Positions 25,881 through 39,070 of a DNA stretch of 64,000 nt are shown piece by piece; position 1 is the first letter of the stretch; every line of letters begins with the position of its first letter. Source of the DNA: Octopus sinensis. Its lineage: Eukaryota. The position numbers and the translations under genes are program-made. Where the stretch lies: NCBI RefSeq assembly GCF_006345805.1, contig NC_043006.1, forward strand, positions 2,356,001 to 2,420,000. Direction: 5' to 3'. Below the pieces are notes generated by a model. The model ran no database searches and was not told where the DNA came from. It was given only the letters and a program-made list of their open reading frames with translations.

Positions 25881-27319
25881 CTTTACTCTTTTACTTTTTT
25901 ACTTGTTTCAGTCATTTGACTGTGGCCATGCTGGAGCACCGCCTTTAGTCGAGCAAATTGACCCTGGGACTTATTCTTTGTAAGCCTAGTACTTATTCTA
26001 TTGGTCTATTTTGTCGAACTGCTAAGTTACGGGTATGTAAACACACCAGCATTGTTTGTCAAGTAATGTTGGGGGGGACAAACACAGACACACAAACATA
26101 TACACACACACATACGCATAGATTTGACTGGGCCTGATGAAGCCTTCTGGCTTCACAGACCCCAGTAGAACCGTCCAACCCATGCTAGCATGGAAAACGG
26201 ATGCTAAACGATGATGATGATGATGATGATATATATATATATATATATACATATCCTCATCATCATCATCATCATCATCATCATTTAGCATCCGCTTTCC
26301 ATGCTAGCATGGGTTGGACGGTTCAACTGGGGTCCGTGAAGCCAGAAGGCTGCATCAGGCCCAGTCTGATATATATATATATATATATAATATATATATA
26401 TATACATATATACAACAGGCTTCTTCCAGTTTCCGTCTACCAAATCCACTCACAAGGCTTTGGTCAGCCCGTGGTTATAGTAAAAGACACTTGCCCAAGG
26501 TGCCACGCATGGGGCCGAACCTAAGAACCTTGTGGTTCATAATCAAGCTACTTACCACTCAGCCACTCCTACATTTAAAATATATTCACTGCAAAAGTCT
26601 AATAAGACTAAAACTTGATGGAATTATCCCCATGTCTACCAAAGATCAGATTATTCTTCCCCTTCATCACATTGCTTGTTTTTAATTTTAATTATTTGGA
26701 ACTTCTTTGGTGCATTAAAAAGAAAAACAAAAAACCTTGCCAATGAAACACCTACACCATTTATTTGCTCTTCACTTCAGCTCTATCATTGTTATTTTAG
26801 TTTCTTAGTCTAAATCGAAGCTCTTTCATCACACATATGGTGACCTCATCAACGACTCTCAATCCCATGTGTCTTCTCTTGTTCTGCTTATCCCACAAGG
26901 TGACACATGGCAGAGAGAGTTACTGATGAGGTCAAAAAAAGAAAAAATCTTGCAGTTTTGAGTCTTCTCCCTTGCCTTTGTCTTGTTGATACAATCATTA
27001 TTCAAGTTTGCCCCTCCTTGCATACATCCTTGATTAATTAAAGTTATCACGCTAACCGCATTAAGTGTTTTAGCATTAAATTTAATATATATTTCAGTTT
27101 GTTTCACAGATGTATAGTATAAAATTACTCTCAGCATATATATATATATATATATATATATTTGTATGTATATCCTACAGTTTGTTTGACTGCTGCGTAT
27201 AGTATTACACACTCAATTATTTCACACACAGGCACACCAGTTTGTACACACACACACATGCACTATTTCGCACAACCATCGTCTTTGCATGCAAAGCAAA
27301 ATTCTTCTGTTGATAGCAG

Positions 27320-27394
27320 GGACGTGAGCAGTAAACTAGCTCCAACTGGTGTGGACCACTTAGTATTAGAACAGCCAGCTGCTGTGGAGTCATG
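27320..27394 (+). CDS. Internal exon of host gene (-DVSSKLAPTGVDHLVLEQPAAVES-), tentatively GREB1/GREB1L-like
   Basis: tagcag| acceptor and |gtaggt donor; 75 nt, phase 2 to 2, continues the frame of 17090-17244. VDHLVLEQPAAV parallels recalled GREB1L VDFLICIPPSEV. Confidence 0.65.
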
Positions 27395-27844
27395 GTAGGT
27401 TATGCCCAATAATTACTGCTGGGAAGAGGGTCTTTGTGTACAGACTGACGAACACTGTTTACACACTGAAACACACACACACACTCACATGTGTGTGTGT
27501 AGAGTGTAAATACACATGTATTATAATGTATGTGTGTGTGTGTGTGTGTGTATAAATATATATACATAAATACATATATGTGCATACATGTATACAACTA
27601 TGTGTGTGTGTGTGTGTGAGTACATATATATGCACACAAATATATCCACGGCCTTTTGACTAAAATCAAAGTGTAGTATACATACACACACACACACACA
27701 CGCATATGTACTGGGTGCAGTGAATAAAATGTCGTCTAAATTACACAAAAATGAAAATAACACTGACATCTCATTTTATCAGATATATTTACTAAAATTA
27801 CATAGTATCTTGAAATACTAAAGAGTAAACGTATTCAATAAAAT

Positions 27845-28568
27845 CGAAATTTGGTTTCAACCACAACTTCCAATCTACTGCAACTCTTCTGGATGGTCTC
27901 CTTGTTTAAGTTGGTGAATGCTGCCATAATCCTTGCCTCCAGTTCATCTTCGGTGTTACAAGGAGTTTTGTTGGTCTCTCCCTCAACTGCACCCCACACG
28001 TAATAATCAAGGGGGTTGCAGTCTGGGGAGTTAGGTGGCCAGATGTTACGGGTGATGTGGTCACAGAAATTGTCTGACAGCCATGACTGGGTTCTCCTGC
28101 TGGTATAGCATGGTACAGAGTCCTGTTACCAGACATAAGGTCTTTCAGCAGCCACACTCTTGACTCAGAGAAGCACTACCTCCTCCAGGCATTTGATGTA
28201 GACCTCTGTGTTGAGTGTCAGGCTGTGTGAGAAGATGAATGGAGGTATAACGTAGCCATCACTAGTGTTCACTCCAAACCCCATGATGTTGACTGGATGC
28301 TTGATTTTTATCATTGTCAGTACAAGTCCTCAGATTGACACCCAAACACTCTGAAATGTTCATATTGGAGTTTCCAGTGTGAATGCCAAGCAGTACAGCA
28401 TGTCGTTTCCAAATTTCTGACAGAGCAAATTGTATCATGGTGCTCTTTTTCACACAGATGGTGCCCAACTAACCCTACAATACTGTGAAGTCAACAAAAT
28501 CAAAATCAAACAATGGGCATCTGCAAAATTAAAAGCATAAAATGGCATCAATTTACCCATCACACCCT
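27845..28568 (-). mobile_element. Internally deleted maT-type (DD37D) Tc1/mariner element
   Basis: TA-CAGGGTGTGATGGGTAAATTG 5' end; translation QD..(37 residues)..WPPNSPDCNPLDYYVWGAVE, counted D-to-D spacing of 37. Confidence 0.8.
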
Positions 28569-28593
28569 GTATATATATACATATATATACAGT

Positions 28594-28688
<95 letters not shown>

Positions 28689-28691
28689 TAT

Positions 28692-28990
28692 AGGGTTGGC
28701 AAATAAGTTCCCGCTTTTATTTTAAATTTTAGAATCTATTGCGTTTTTAAATTTTGGAATCTATTTTTGTCGAGAATTCTATTTTTGAATCATTTTTGAA
28801 TCTATTTTGTCTTTTTCCAGTTAACTTTTGTTGATTTTTGTTCATTTTCAGATCATTAAAATGGAATGTCAAGCATTTTCGACACGTCTTTCTTTTTACT
28901 TTTAATCAAGGTTCTAATGCCGCAAAAGCTGCTCGTGACATTTATGCTGTGTATGGAGAGGGTACCATAACTGAAAGAACCGCTCATGAT
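28692..28990 (+). mobile_element. Mariner 5' fragment cut by an RTE insertion
   Basis: TAGGGTTGGCAAATAAGTTCCC end; HFRHV..FNQGSNAAKAARDIYAVYGEGTITERTAHD; RTE tail sequence starts at ~28993. Confidence 0.7.
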
Positions 28991-29869
28991 TTTGACTGAG
29001 GTCTGGCAAACCAGACGACTGCACCAGGCTCCAATCTTGATCTGGCAGAGTTTCTACAGCTGGATGCCCTTCCTAATGCCAACCACTCCGAGAGTGTAAT
29101 GTGTGCTTTTTACGTGCCACCGGCATGGGGGCTAGTCATGCAGTACTGGCAATGACCTCGCTCGAATCTTTTTACACGTGCCACCGGCACAGGTGCCAGT
29201 GAAGCGACGTTGGTAACGATCACGCTCAAATGGAGCTCTTATACATGCTACTGGCACGGAGCCAGTTGGCTACTCTGGCAACGACCATGCTCAGATGGTG
29301 CTCTTGGCACCCTACTAGCATGGGCACAAGTGCCAGTAAGGTGACGCTGGTAACGATTACACACGAAAGGTGCTCTTTTATGTGCCACTGGCACGGGAGC
29401 CGGTTAGCCACTCTGTCAAACTATCACACACGTATGGTGCTCTTTGCACTCTGCTAGCATGGATGCCAGTCATCAAATTGATTTTGGTTTTGATTTTGAT
29501 TTCACTTGCCTCAACAAGTCTTTGCAAGCAGAGTTTAGTGACCAAAGAAGGAAAAGGTACGCATAAGCGGGCTGGTTACACTCCTGGCATAGGCCACAGG
29601 TATGGCCTATGAAATGAGACCATATATATATATATGTATGTACACATCATACATACATATATCAATATATTAGACTCAGTGTGTGTGTGTGTGTACACTG
29701 TTGTACTTGTCTTCATCACAGCTGTTGGTTTATGTCCCCATAAATTAGTGATTCAGTATAAAGAGACCATATAAGGACAGTGGTTGGTTTGTTTGACAAA
29801 ACCCAGCATGGCTGCAGTCCAATGACTAAGGCAAGTAAACGTTTTAAAGAATTAAAATATACATATATA

Positions 29870-30150
29870 TAAACAATTGCAGCGTGGAAGGTGTTTATAA
29901 GCCATTTAAGAAACACACAAAAACCGTTAGATTCACTTCAACATTTAAGTTTAATTTGTCAAAATATTTTCGTCGCTTTGAGACCGCAACCTGTTCACTG
30001 ACAAAACTTCGTGCTGCATCATGTTGAAGTGAATCTAACGGCTTTTGTGTGTTTCTTAAATGGCTTATAAACACCTTCCACGCTGCAATTGTTTTCGTTC
30101 CAGTACACAATCTCAGATCAAGTCACTCATTATGCAAGTACACTTCCATA
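29870..30150 (-). mobile_element. PLE-type terminal repeat with ~75-bp inverted arms around a hammerhead fold
   Basis: 29870-29944 is the inverse of 30021-30095; arm plus flank also found at 21285-21405 abutting a PLE RT. Confidence 0.65.
29955..30005 (-). ncRNA. Minimal type I hammerhead ribozyme fold with G3:C8 core variant
   Basis: UUUGUCA-GUGAACA-G-GUUGC(GGUCUCAAA)GCGAC-GAAA-AUAUUU-UGACAAA: 7-bp stem I, 5-bp stem II, palindromic micro-stem III. Confidence 0.7.
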
Positions 30151-31497
30151 ATATGTATATATATATATATACACATAGAATGAGCTTCTTTCAGTTTCCA
30201 TCAACTAAATATTCCTCACAAAGCATTGGTCAACTTTAGCAGAAGAATCTTGCCTAATGTGCCTCACAGTAGGACTGAATTCAAAGGCATATGTTTGAGA
30301 AACGAACTTCCATCCAGTTGATTTTTATCAGAGTTATTTCCTTTGCTTGTTGGTTGTTGGCTTTTAACACTCATAGGCAAAGATCATCATCATCATCATC
30401 ATCTTGTACACATGATTGGCTGTTTTCAGTTTCTGTCTACCAAATCTACTCACAAGGCTTTGGTTGGCCAAGTCCTATAGAAGACATTTGCCCAAAGTGC
30501 CATACTGTGGGACTGAATGTGGAACTATGTGATTAAGAAGCAATCTTCTTACCACAGGGCCACATCAGTGCCTATTGTCCACAGATTGCGCGAATAGCCT
30601 CAACTGACCAAATTTTCTTTCAATTCCTTGTATTAAACACGAGAGAGACTATTAATATCTTGTATTTCGCATGCAGTACTCTTCACTGAGGAAGTATTTT
30701 CAATCAGTCATTGTTGTTTGCACAAGTATTTAGGCCCCTGCTTAAATGTGGAGTGGGTGTAGGGGCGAAGGGGCAACTGAATGGTGGGCAGGAAGGGAGG
30801 GGACGGTGCTGTTCTTGTTTGATTTGCTAACAATGGTAGTTGTGAGGTTGATGATGATGAGGAAGAGAAGGGGGAGAAGAAGAAGAAGAAGCAGGAAGAA
30901 ACGGAGGTGGGAAAGAGAGATCAAGGAGGGTGGTAGCAACAACTATGAGACTGGTCGTGATAGGGGTGGGGGCGGTGGCGATGGTGGTGGTGGTGGTGGC
31001 TACAGCAGCTGTAGTGGCGAGGGCAGCACTGGTGGTGGTGATGATGGGGCGACAGTCATGGTGACAGTGGAGCAGCTGTGGTGGTTGTGGTGGTGGTGGC
31101 GGATGTGGTGGTGGTGGTGGTTTTGGTGGTAGTAGTAGTGGTGGTGGAAATACTGCAGTTTTTGTGGTTGCTTAAACCCATATGACTTGCTCTGATCAGG
31201 CAGACCAACAATCAAAATGTACCCAACCATGACCACCATGTCCCTTGAGGGAGATGTAAACATGAAAAATATCATCCAGTGTATCATTTCTCTTTCACAA
31301 GAAGGCTTGGTGCAATTCTAGGAAGATTTGGCTGCTCTTTCTAGCAGGCTGAGCAGCTTCGTGATGGTATTGAGAATGATGATAATGATAATGATGATGA
31401 TGATGATGACAATGATGACGGCAATGATGATAATGCATTCACTGATAAACATGCACCATGCATACACTTATTAAAACATACACAGCGTACATGCAAG

Positions 31498-31531
<34 letters not shown>

Positions 31532-31716
31532 TGGAAAGGACATATTAAGATAAATAACATGTCTGAGTGTGTATTTGTCTGTGTGTGTGTGTGTGTTTGT
31601 GAGAGAGAAAGAGAGAGAAAATGCATGTGTTTGTGTGTGCGTGTGTGTGTGTGTTTGAGATGGGAAATGCATATTAACATGATTAACATATCTGGGTGTG
31701 TATTTGCATGTGTATG

Positions 31717-31747
<31 letters not shown>

Positions 31748-32999
31748 ATGTGTGTGTGTGTGTATGTGTGTGCACATACTTGAGTGAGTGTACATGAGTT
31801 TGCCTGTATGCGTCTCTGAATATGCACGTGTGTATGTATGCATGCATCTGTGCATGTAAGTTTGTGAGTATATGAGTGTGTATGAATGTGTTTATGTCTG
31901 GGTGAGTGTAATTAAAGTCTATATCTGTATATGTATTTGTGTGTATGTGAGTTTGTGTCTATGTCCGTATGCTTGTGTCATCATCATCATCATCATCATC
32001 ATCGTTTAACGTCCGTTTTCTGTTTTTCTGTGCTAGCATGAGTTGGACGGTTTGACTGGAGTCTGTGAAGCCAGGAGGCTGCACCAGGCTCCAGTCTGAT
32101 CTTGCAGTGTTTCTACAGCTGGATGCCCTTCCTAACGCCAACCACTCCATGAGTGTAGTGGGTGCTTTTTACATGCCACCAGCACAGGTGCCAGGGGAGG
32201 CTGGCAGTGGCCACGATCGGTTGGTACTTTATACGTGCCACTGGCACAGAAGCCAGTCAAGGCGGCGCTGGCAGCGGCCACGATTGGTTGGTGCTTTTTA
32301 CGTGCCACCGACACAGGTGCCAGCAGGTTCCAGGGGGGAGGCTGGCAGCGGCCATGATTGGTTGGTGCTTTATACGTGCCACCGGCACAGAAGCCAGTCA
32401 AGGTGGCGTTGGCATCAGCCACTCAGTTTGCCAGTTTCTCTTTCTAAAGTCAACACATAGACACGAATACAGTGTGAGGAAGCCTGTGTAAAAAATAATG
32501 GTATAGCCTCCCTTTGGTCATGAATGACCATGGAATTGCACCTAGAAAGTTCCCCTCTGAGATACAAGTCCGAGCAAGGTTGTTTAGGAAAGACCAGCAG
32601 TCGCCCATGCGTCAGTAAGTGTTATTTCCTATTTGTTTCTATCTAGAAATCAAAGGAAATCAATACTATTCCTTTCAAACTTTGCTTTTGTCACCTGGAC
32701 ATCAAAGTTTTGAAACTGACTTATTTTCCATTAAATTTCACACAGATTCAGTGCTGAGTTGCTGAAGCAGAAATAGCAAATATTCTTGCTCAATACCACA
32801 GCCATGCTGGTCAGTTGTTTGACCTTAACCAGTTGAGCATGTCCCTTAGTGGCTGACAATAAGTGCATCTCTAATGATGAACAGGAGTAGTTGAGGGACA
32901 TCATAGCCATGTGTAAAGAGAGATTCCTTTGGAATTTTAATAAATGTAACAAAAGCAAAATTTAAAGGAAATATTGGTCATTTTTCATACTTTCCAGGG

Positions 33000-33560
33000 G
33001 TAAGCAAATAGGAAATAACAGTTGCTCCTCAAAGACAAAAATCTTCTACCAAATGTTAGAATACCACTTTCTTTCAGTTGTCCAAAATGACTGCACATTT
33101 TAAGAGTCAGGTGCATTTTCAAACTCCCAAAACAAATTCTGTGTGCATCATTTATACATATTGCCAAGTACAACTTGCAAAACTCCATTCTTCAATCCAA
33201 ACCATCTTCATTGAGAGCATAGACTATTCTTGAAATGTGTCTTTTCCAAAGACAGTGCTCCAAAATGTAATGATGTTTGATTTTGAAATTCCCATCTCAC
33301 AACTCACCACATAAATTTTCTTGAAGTCTGGCAGTATGTTTCTAGAACCGTTTCTTACTTTATGAGGCTTGTAAATGTCCAGTCTTCTGCAAAATTTCTT
33401 GTGGACATTCTGAACAGTTCCATCTGCCTCAAACTGACCTCTAAAGTGAGTGATGGTAACCTATGTTCTCGTATCTATTTGAAACTCCCTCCAAATCTGC
33501 TTTGGACTTTGACTGCATTTTCAAACTTCTTGTAGCATTTTAATGTTCAAGGTTTAGTCT
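33000..33560 (-). mobile_element. Highly decayed Tc1/mariner-superfamily transposase (N-terminal half)
   Basis: Frameshifted KCYKKFENAVKVQ..FEADGTVQNVHK..GISKSNI..ALNEDGLD*RMEFCK pattern. Confidence 0.55.
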
Positions 33561-34659
33561 GGGTCCCTTTGTTACAGCTAATAGGTTAAGTCTAAAAAGA
33601 AATGTAAATTGAGTTATCAGCTATTAAAGTATGTATATATTTTTGTAGGGTGGCCGAGACACCCTCACAATGTGTGCGTGTGTGTTTGCATGCATGAACA
33701 CGTGAACGTGTGTCTGTATGTGCACATGTATATGTATGAGTGTGCATACTTGTGTGTGTGCACTTGTGTGTGTGTAGGTTTGTTTGTAACACCTTGCACT
33801 AAACAAATCTGGTAATAAAGTGAAATTGACTCTCTTTATTCTAGTGTTATATTTTAGAAGTTGATATTTGAATGAAGATATTCAACTGCTCACTGCCACA
33901 ATTGTAATTATTAAGATAAACTTAGATATGAATTAAGATAGACAGATAGATTAATCTATTATATCCATATTATACGCCTGAACTCTTTTTATGTATTAAT
34001 GAAGCTGTTACCCACTGATGACTGCCTTGGCTCTGTAATTGCACACCTCAAAACTTCTTTGCATTCCTGTTTGCCTCGTAGACAATTCATTAAATGTACT
34101 TTTATAATTCTGCAAGCAGATTCTAATAGCAGTGTTTACTTTTTAGCGTTATGGATTGGCCATATATCTTTATCCATATGCTTCTATATGAGCTCATATA
34201 CATGCTGATTTTATTGAGATTTGTATGTGTGTATTTGCGCAAGTGTGTATCATTATCTATATGTATATGTGTGTATGTGTGTGTGTGTGTGTATAAAATA
34301 CAAAATGGGACAAGAACGCAAAACATCCGGACAGTTAGGTGATACAAAAATGGGACAGCAAAACATCCAGATAGACAATACAAAGAAAACAAGGATTGGT
34401 TATTCGAAGTTTTATTTCCTAAGTCAAGTACCAGATTGTCTTCGCAATTTCGGCTGATTGTACTTGAGATTGCTCCAATCTGGCCAGGCCCAAGGAAAGA
34501 CTAAGCTAAGCACATTAATTCCTTGGAAGAAAGCAGCGAATGTATACAAAAACAAGGACGGAAAAAAACGGACATTACACAAATACAATAAAAATAATAA
34601 CAGAACATAACAACAGGCGTCTTTCAACTAAGGACAATTAATTAAGCTGGCGTGTGTGG

Positions 34660-34715
<56 letters not shown>

Positions 34716-34964
34716 ATGCATATCTGTATAAGTGTATGTATATTCAAATAGGTATGTGTGTTTGCATTATATTGTTTTATGTATGCAGTTGTTCATTTAG
34801 ATGAAAAATTTGTACATATCTAAGTGAGAATATACATATGTGTATGGTGTGTGTAGGTATATATATGTGTGTGTGCGTATACATGTGTGTATATTCATAT
34901 ATATATATGTATATATTATATAAATATATGTATATGTGTGTGTGTATATATATATATATGGGTG

Positions 34965-34999
<35 letters not shown>

Positions 35000-36125
35000 A
35001 CATGTATATATGCATATATGTGTGTATGAGAGAGTGTACAGATGAATATGCATGTATAGGTGTGTATCTGCATAATATTTACTATATATATGTGTGTATA
35101 TCTATGCATGCATGTTTTTACAGGGCTTAGGAAAAGCTGAAGGACCGCTGCAATAAGTGTGTGAATCTGTTGAATAAGATCATACTCAGGAACTTTTCAG
35201 CACCCCATTGTATAGTTGGGTGCCCTTCTTAATGCTACCTATTTCACAAAGTGTACTAGGTGCTTTTCTATGTGGCACCTGCATCAGCTGGGGTCACTAA
35301 ATAACTTGCAAGACAGGGGAGTAGTATTGAGGGAGGTGGCTTTGTGCCAGATGAGGGTGGAGGTGGATTTGCGCCAGTTGCTATAGACATCTACTGCTTT
35401 CTTTTCCATCTTAGCTACACAAGTGGGAAAAGCATGGAGGGAAAAGACAAATAGAGCCAGGGGGAAAGATAGAGAGACTGACAGCATGAGAGAGAGGGTG
35501 AGAGAGAGATGATGGTGGAAATGTGTTGGAACATACCCACAAAGATTAGTGTGGATAAATATAAGAGGCGCTGATGATGGACGGGGTAAGAGAGTAGTAA
35601 GGAGGGACAGAGGGAGATGCTTTCATAAAAATGAGTGTGAGGGAAGATGGTTGCAGATGGAGCAGACATGAATTTCCATGTATATATATATGTGTGTGTG
35701 TGTGTATGTATATATGTATATATCTCTGTTTAGTCATTTACTCTTTTACTTGTTTCAGTCATTTGACTGCGGCCATGCTGGAGCACCGCCTTTAATCGAG
35801 CAACTCGACCCCGTGACTTATTCTTTTGTAAGCCCAGTAATTATTCTATCGGTCTCTTTTGCCGAACTGCTAAGTAACGGGGACATAAACACACCAGCAT
35901 CGGTTGTCAAGCAATGCTAAGGGGACAAACACAGACACACAAACACACACACGCATATACATATATATGACAGGCTTCTTTCAGTTTCCGTCTACCAAAT
36001 CCACTCACAAGGCTTTGGTCGGCTCGAGGCTATAGCAGAAGACACTTGCCCAAGGTACCACGCAGTGGGACTGAACCTGGAACCATGTGGTTGTAAACAA
36101 GCTACTTACCACACAGACACTCCTG

Positions 36126-36174
<49 letters not shown>

Positions 36175-36484
36175 CATATATCATCATCATCATCATCGTT
36201 TAGTGTCCCGCTTTCATGCTAGCATGGGTTGGATGGTTCAACTGGGGTCTGGGAAGCCAGAAGGCTGCACCAGGCCAGTCTGATCTGGTGTTTTTTCTAC
36301 GGCCGGATGCCCCTTCCTAACGCCAACCACTCCGTGAGTGTAGTGGTGCTTTTTACGTGCCAGACGGGGCTGGCAAACGGCCACGATCGGAGGGTGCTTT
36401 TTACGTGCCACTGGTACGGGGGCCAGGCGAGGCTGGCAACGGCCATGAAAGGATATATATATACATATATATATATTATACGAA

Positions 36485-36858
36485 CAAAACGCTCCCCCAT
36501 CCAATAGACGGTGCTGAGTTGTCAAACATTTAAACCAAATTTTCTCAAAACAACTTGTCCGTCCGTCCGTCCCATAGTCCTCTCCTTTGAGAAACACTGA
36601 TTTAACCTGAATTTGAGACACTGTGCACTTTTATCGCATATGCATAGTATCGATCTCAACAGCTGATGTACTTGCACATACAAATGCACATTCCTACAGC
36701 TTCATCAATTGCATTCTCACCTGGAATCGATTTTTGTAATTTTTCCAAGACTTATACACGTCCTGATACCGTCGGTATCTACACATCAAATTTGAGCGCA
36801 ATCGGATGGAGGATGCCCGAGATCCTAGAAGACACACACAGACAGACAGAATGGATTT

Positions 36859-36865
<7 letters not shown>
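36485..36865 (+). mobile_element. CpG-rich repeat, possibly non-autonomous Helitron-like
   Basis: Ends in aaatttgagcgcaatcggat..acacacacagacagacag, reminiscent of non-autonomous Helitron 3' regions; (GTCC)n inside. Confidence 0.3.
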
Positions 36866-36897
<32 letters not shown>

Positions 36898-37375
36898 CCC
36901 CACTAGAATGGGAGAAAGCGCTAATGATCTAAGTGATATGATATATATATAAAAAATGTAATATATAAATAAATATCTGTAAATATAAACCATCCGATCT
37001 TCTGATTACCTCATTTCTTTTAATATATATATGGGCAAGTGTCTTCTACTATAGCCCCGGGCCGACCAATGCCTTGTGAGTGGATTTGGTAGATGGAAAC
37101 TGAAAGAAGCCTGTCGTATATATGTACATATATGTGTGTGTGTGTTTGTGTGTCTGTGTTTGTCCCCCTAGCATTGCTTGACAACCGATGCTGGTGTGTC
37201 TACGGCCCCTGCCACTTAGCGGTTCGGCAAAAGAGACCGATGAATAAGTACTGGGCTTACAAAAGAATAAGTCCCGGGGTCGATTTGCTCGACTAAAGGC
37301 GGTGCTCCAGCATGGCCGCAGTCAAATGACTGAAACAAGTAAAAGAGTATATATATATATACACAAAATAATAAT

Positions 37376-37623
37376 AACAGACGATGGATAATTGTCAGCT
37401 CATTACAGCCGTTTCAAATGCCTTTTTTAATAGAGGAATGAGAACATTACTCCATTGCAAAAAGACCATAGTCCCTGATGTATTTTTGAGATATTCTATC
37501 GTTGTAAAATTATGTTTCATCTCATAATTATGGTTATTTGTAACAAAGTAATGCTCTCATTCTTCTATTTAAAAAATACCTAAGAAACAACTGTAATGAG
37601 CTGACAATTATCCATCGTCAGTC
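37376..37623. mobile_element. ~250-bp MITE with ~31-bp TIRs
   Basis: CAGACGATGGATAATTGTCAGCTCATTACAG (37378-37408) vs CTGTAATGAGCTGACAATTATCCATCGTCAG (37591-37621), one mismatch. Confidence 0.8.
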
Positions 37624-37939
37624 ATTATTCATTTGATTATAATACACCAAGGGGATTTATGACTTGTCGGACACCCTAGAGTATACCAGCAATGTTCAAT
37701 TCAACGTAATGCGGGATTTGGACCAGCCCCTAGGCACTAAATACTCATAGGGTTTGTTTTCTCTATGTACATAACCAGAATATCTTATTTGATACTTACC
37801 AACCATAAGCCAGGACCACAGGTTTATCCAACCATACCAGGTACATATCTTTTCAAGTACCCAATTCTATTTGAATCCTTATATATATATATATATATAT
37901 GTATATGTATATGTATATGTATATATATATATGTATATA

Positions 37940-39070
37940 TATCATCATCATCATCATCATCGTTTAACGTCCGCTTTCCATGCTAGCATGGGTTGGACGG
38001 TTCAACTGGGGTCTTGCAAGTCTTTTGGCTACACCAGGCCAGTCAGATCTGGCAGTGTTTCTACAGCTGGATGCCCTGCCTAACGCCAATCACTCTCCGA
38101 GAGTGTAGTGGGGGAATTTTATTGCCACCAACCACAGGTGCCAGACGAGGCTGGCAGACGGCCACGCTCGGATGGTGTTTTTTATGTGCCACCGACACAG
38201 GTGCCAGACGAGGCTGCAGACGGCCACGCTTGGATGGTGTTTTTTATGTGCCACCGACACAGGTGCCAGACGAGGCTGGCAGACAGCCACGCTCGGATAT
38301 GGTGTTTTCGGTGTTTTTCTTATGTGCCACCGACACAGGTGCCAGACGAGGCTGGCGAACGGCTACGATCGGATGGTGTTTGTTACGTGATATATATCAT
38401 CATCATTTAGCGTCCGCTTTCCATGCTAGCATGGGTTGGACGGTTCAACTGGGGTCTGTGAAGCCAGAAGGCTGCATCAGGCCCAGTCTGATCTGGCAGT
38501 GTTTCTACGGCTGGATGCCCTTCCTAACGCCAACCACTCCGTGAGTGTAGTTGGTGCTTTTTTATGTGCCACCTGCACAGGTGCCAGACGGAGCTGGCAG
38601 ACGGCCACGGATGGATGGTTCTTTTTACGTGCCACCGGCACGTAAAATATATATATATAAATATATATACATATCATCATCATCATCATCATCATCATTT
38701 AGCATCCGTTTTCCATGCTAGCATGGGTTGGACGGTTCTACTGGGGTCTGTGAAGCCAGAAGGCTTCATCAGGCCCAGTCAAATCTGGCAGTGTTTCTAC
38801 GGCTGGATGCCCTTCCTAACGCCAACCACTCCGTGAGTGTAGTGGGTTCTTTTTACGTGCCAACCCGCACTGGTGCCAGACAGAGCTGGCAAACGGCCAC
38901 GAACGGATGGTGCTTTTTTATGTGCCACTGGACGAGGGCCAGGCGAGGCTGGCAACGGACACGAAACGGGGCGGTGCTGGCAACGGTCGCGAAACGGAAA
39001 GTTCTCTTACATGCCACCGGCACTGGTAACACATCTGCAATTTCCATTGATCGATTTCCATTGATCGATT
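37940..39070 (-). mobile_element. Three head-to-tail RTE 3'-end copies with internal ~60-bp tandem units
   Basis: catcatcat-ttagcgtccgctttccatgctagc restarts at ~37942, ~38397 and ~38682. Confidence 0.85.

Noticed and set aside
26149-26175. Plus-strand CTGATGA motifs (here, ~26925, ~49306, ~52772)
   Set aside because: No stem II followed by GAAA and no stem I closure; chance matches or part of the RTE tail.
38115-38385. Regularly spaced repeats superficially like a CRISPR array
   Set aside because: Contiguous tandem units with no unique spacers, inside a eukaryotic retroelement UTR; no cas genes.
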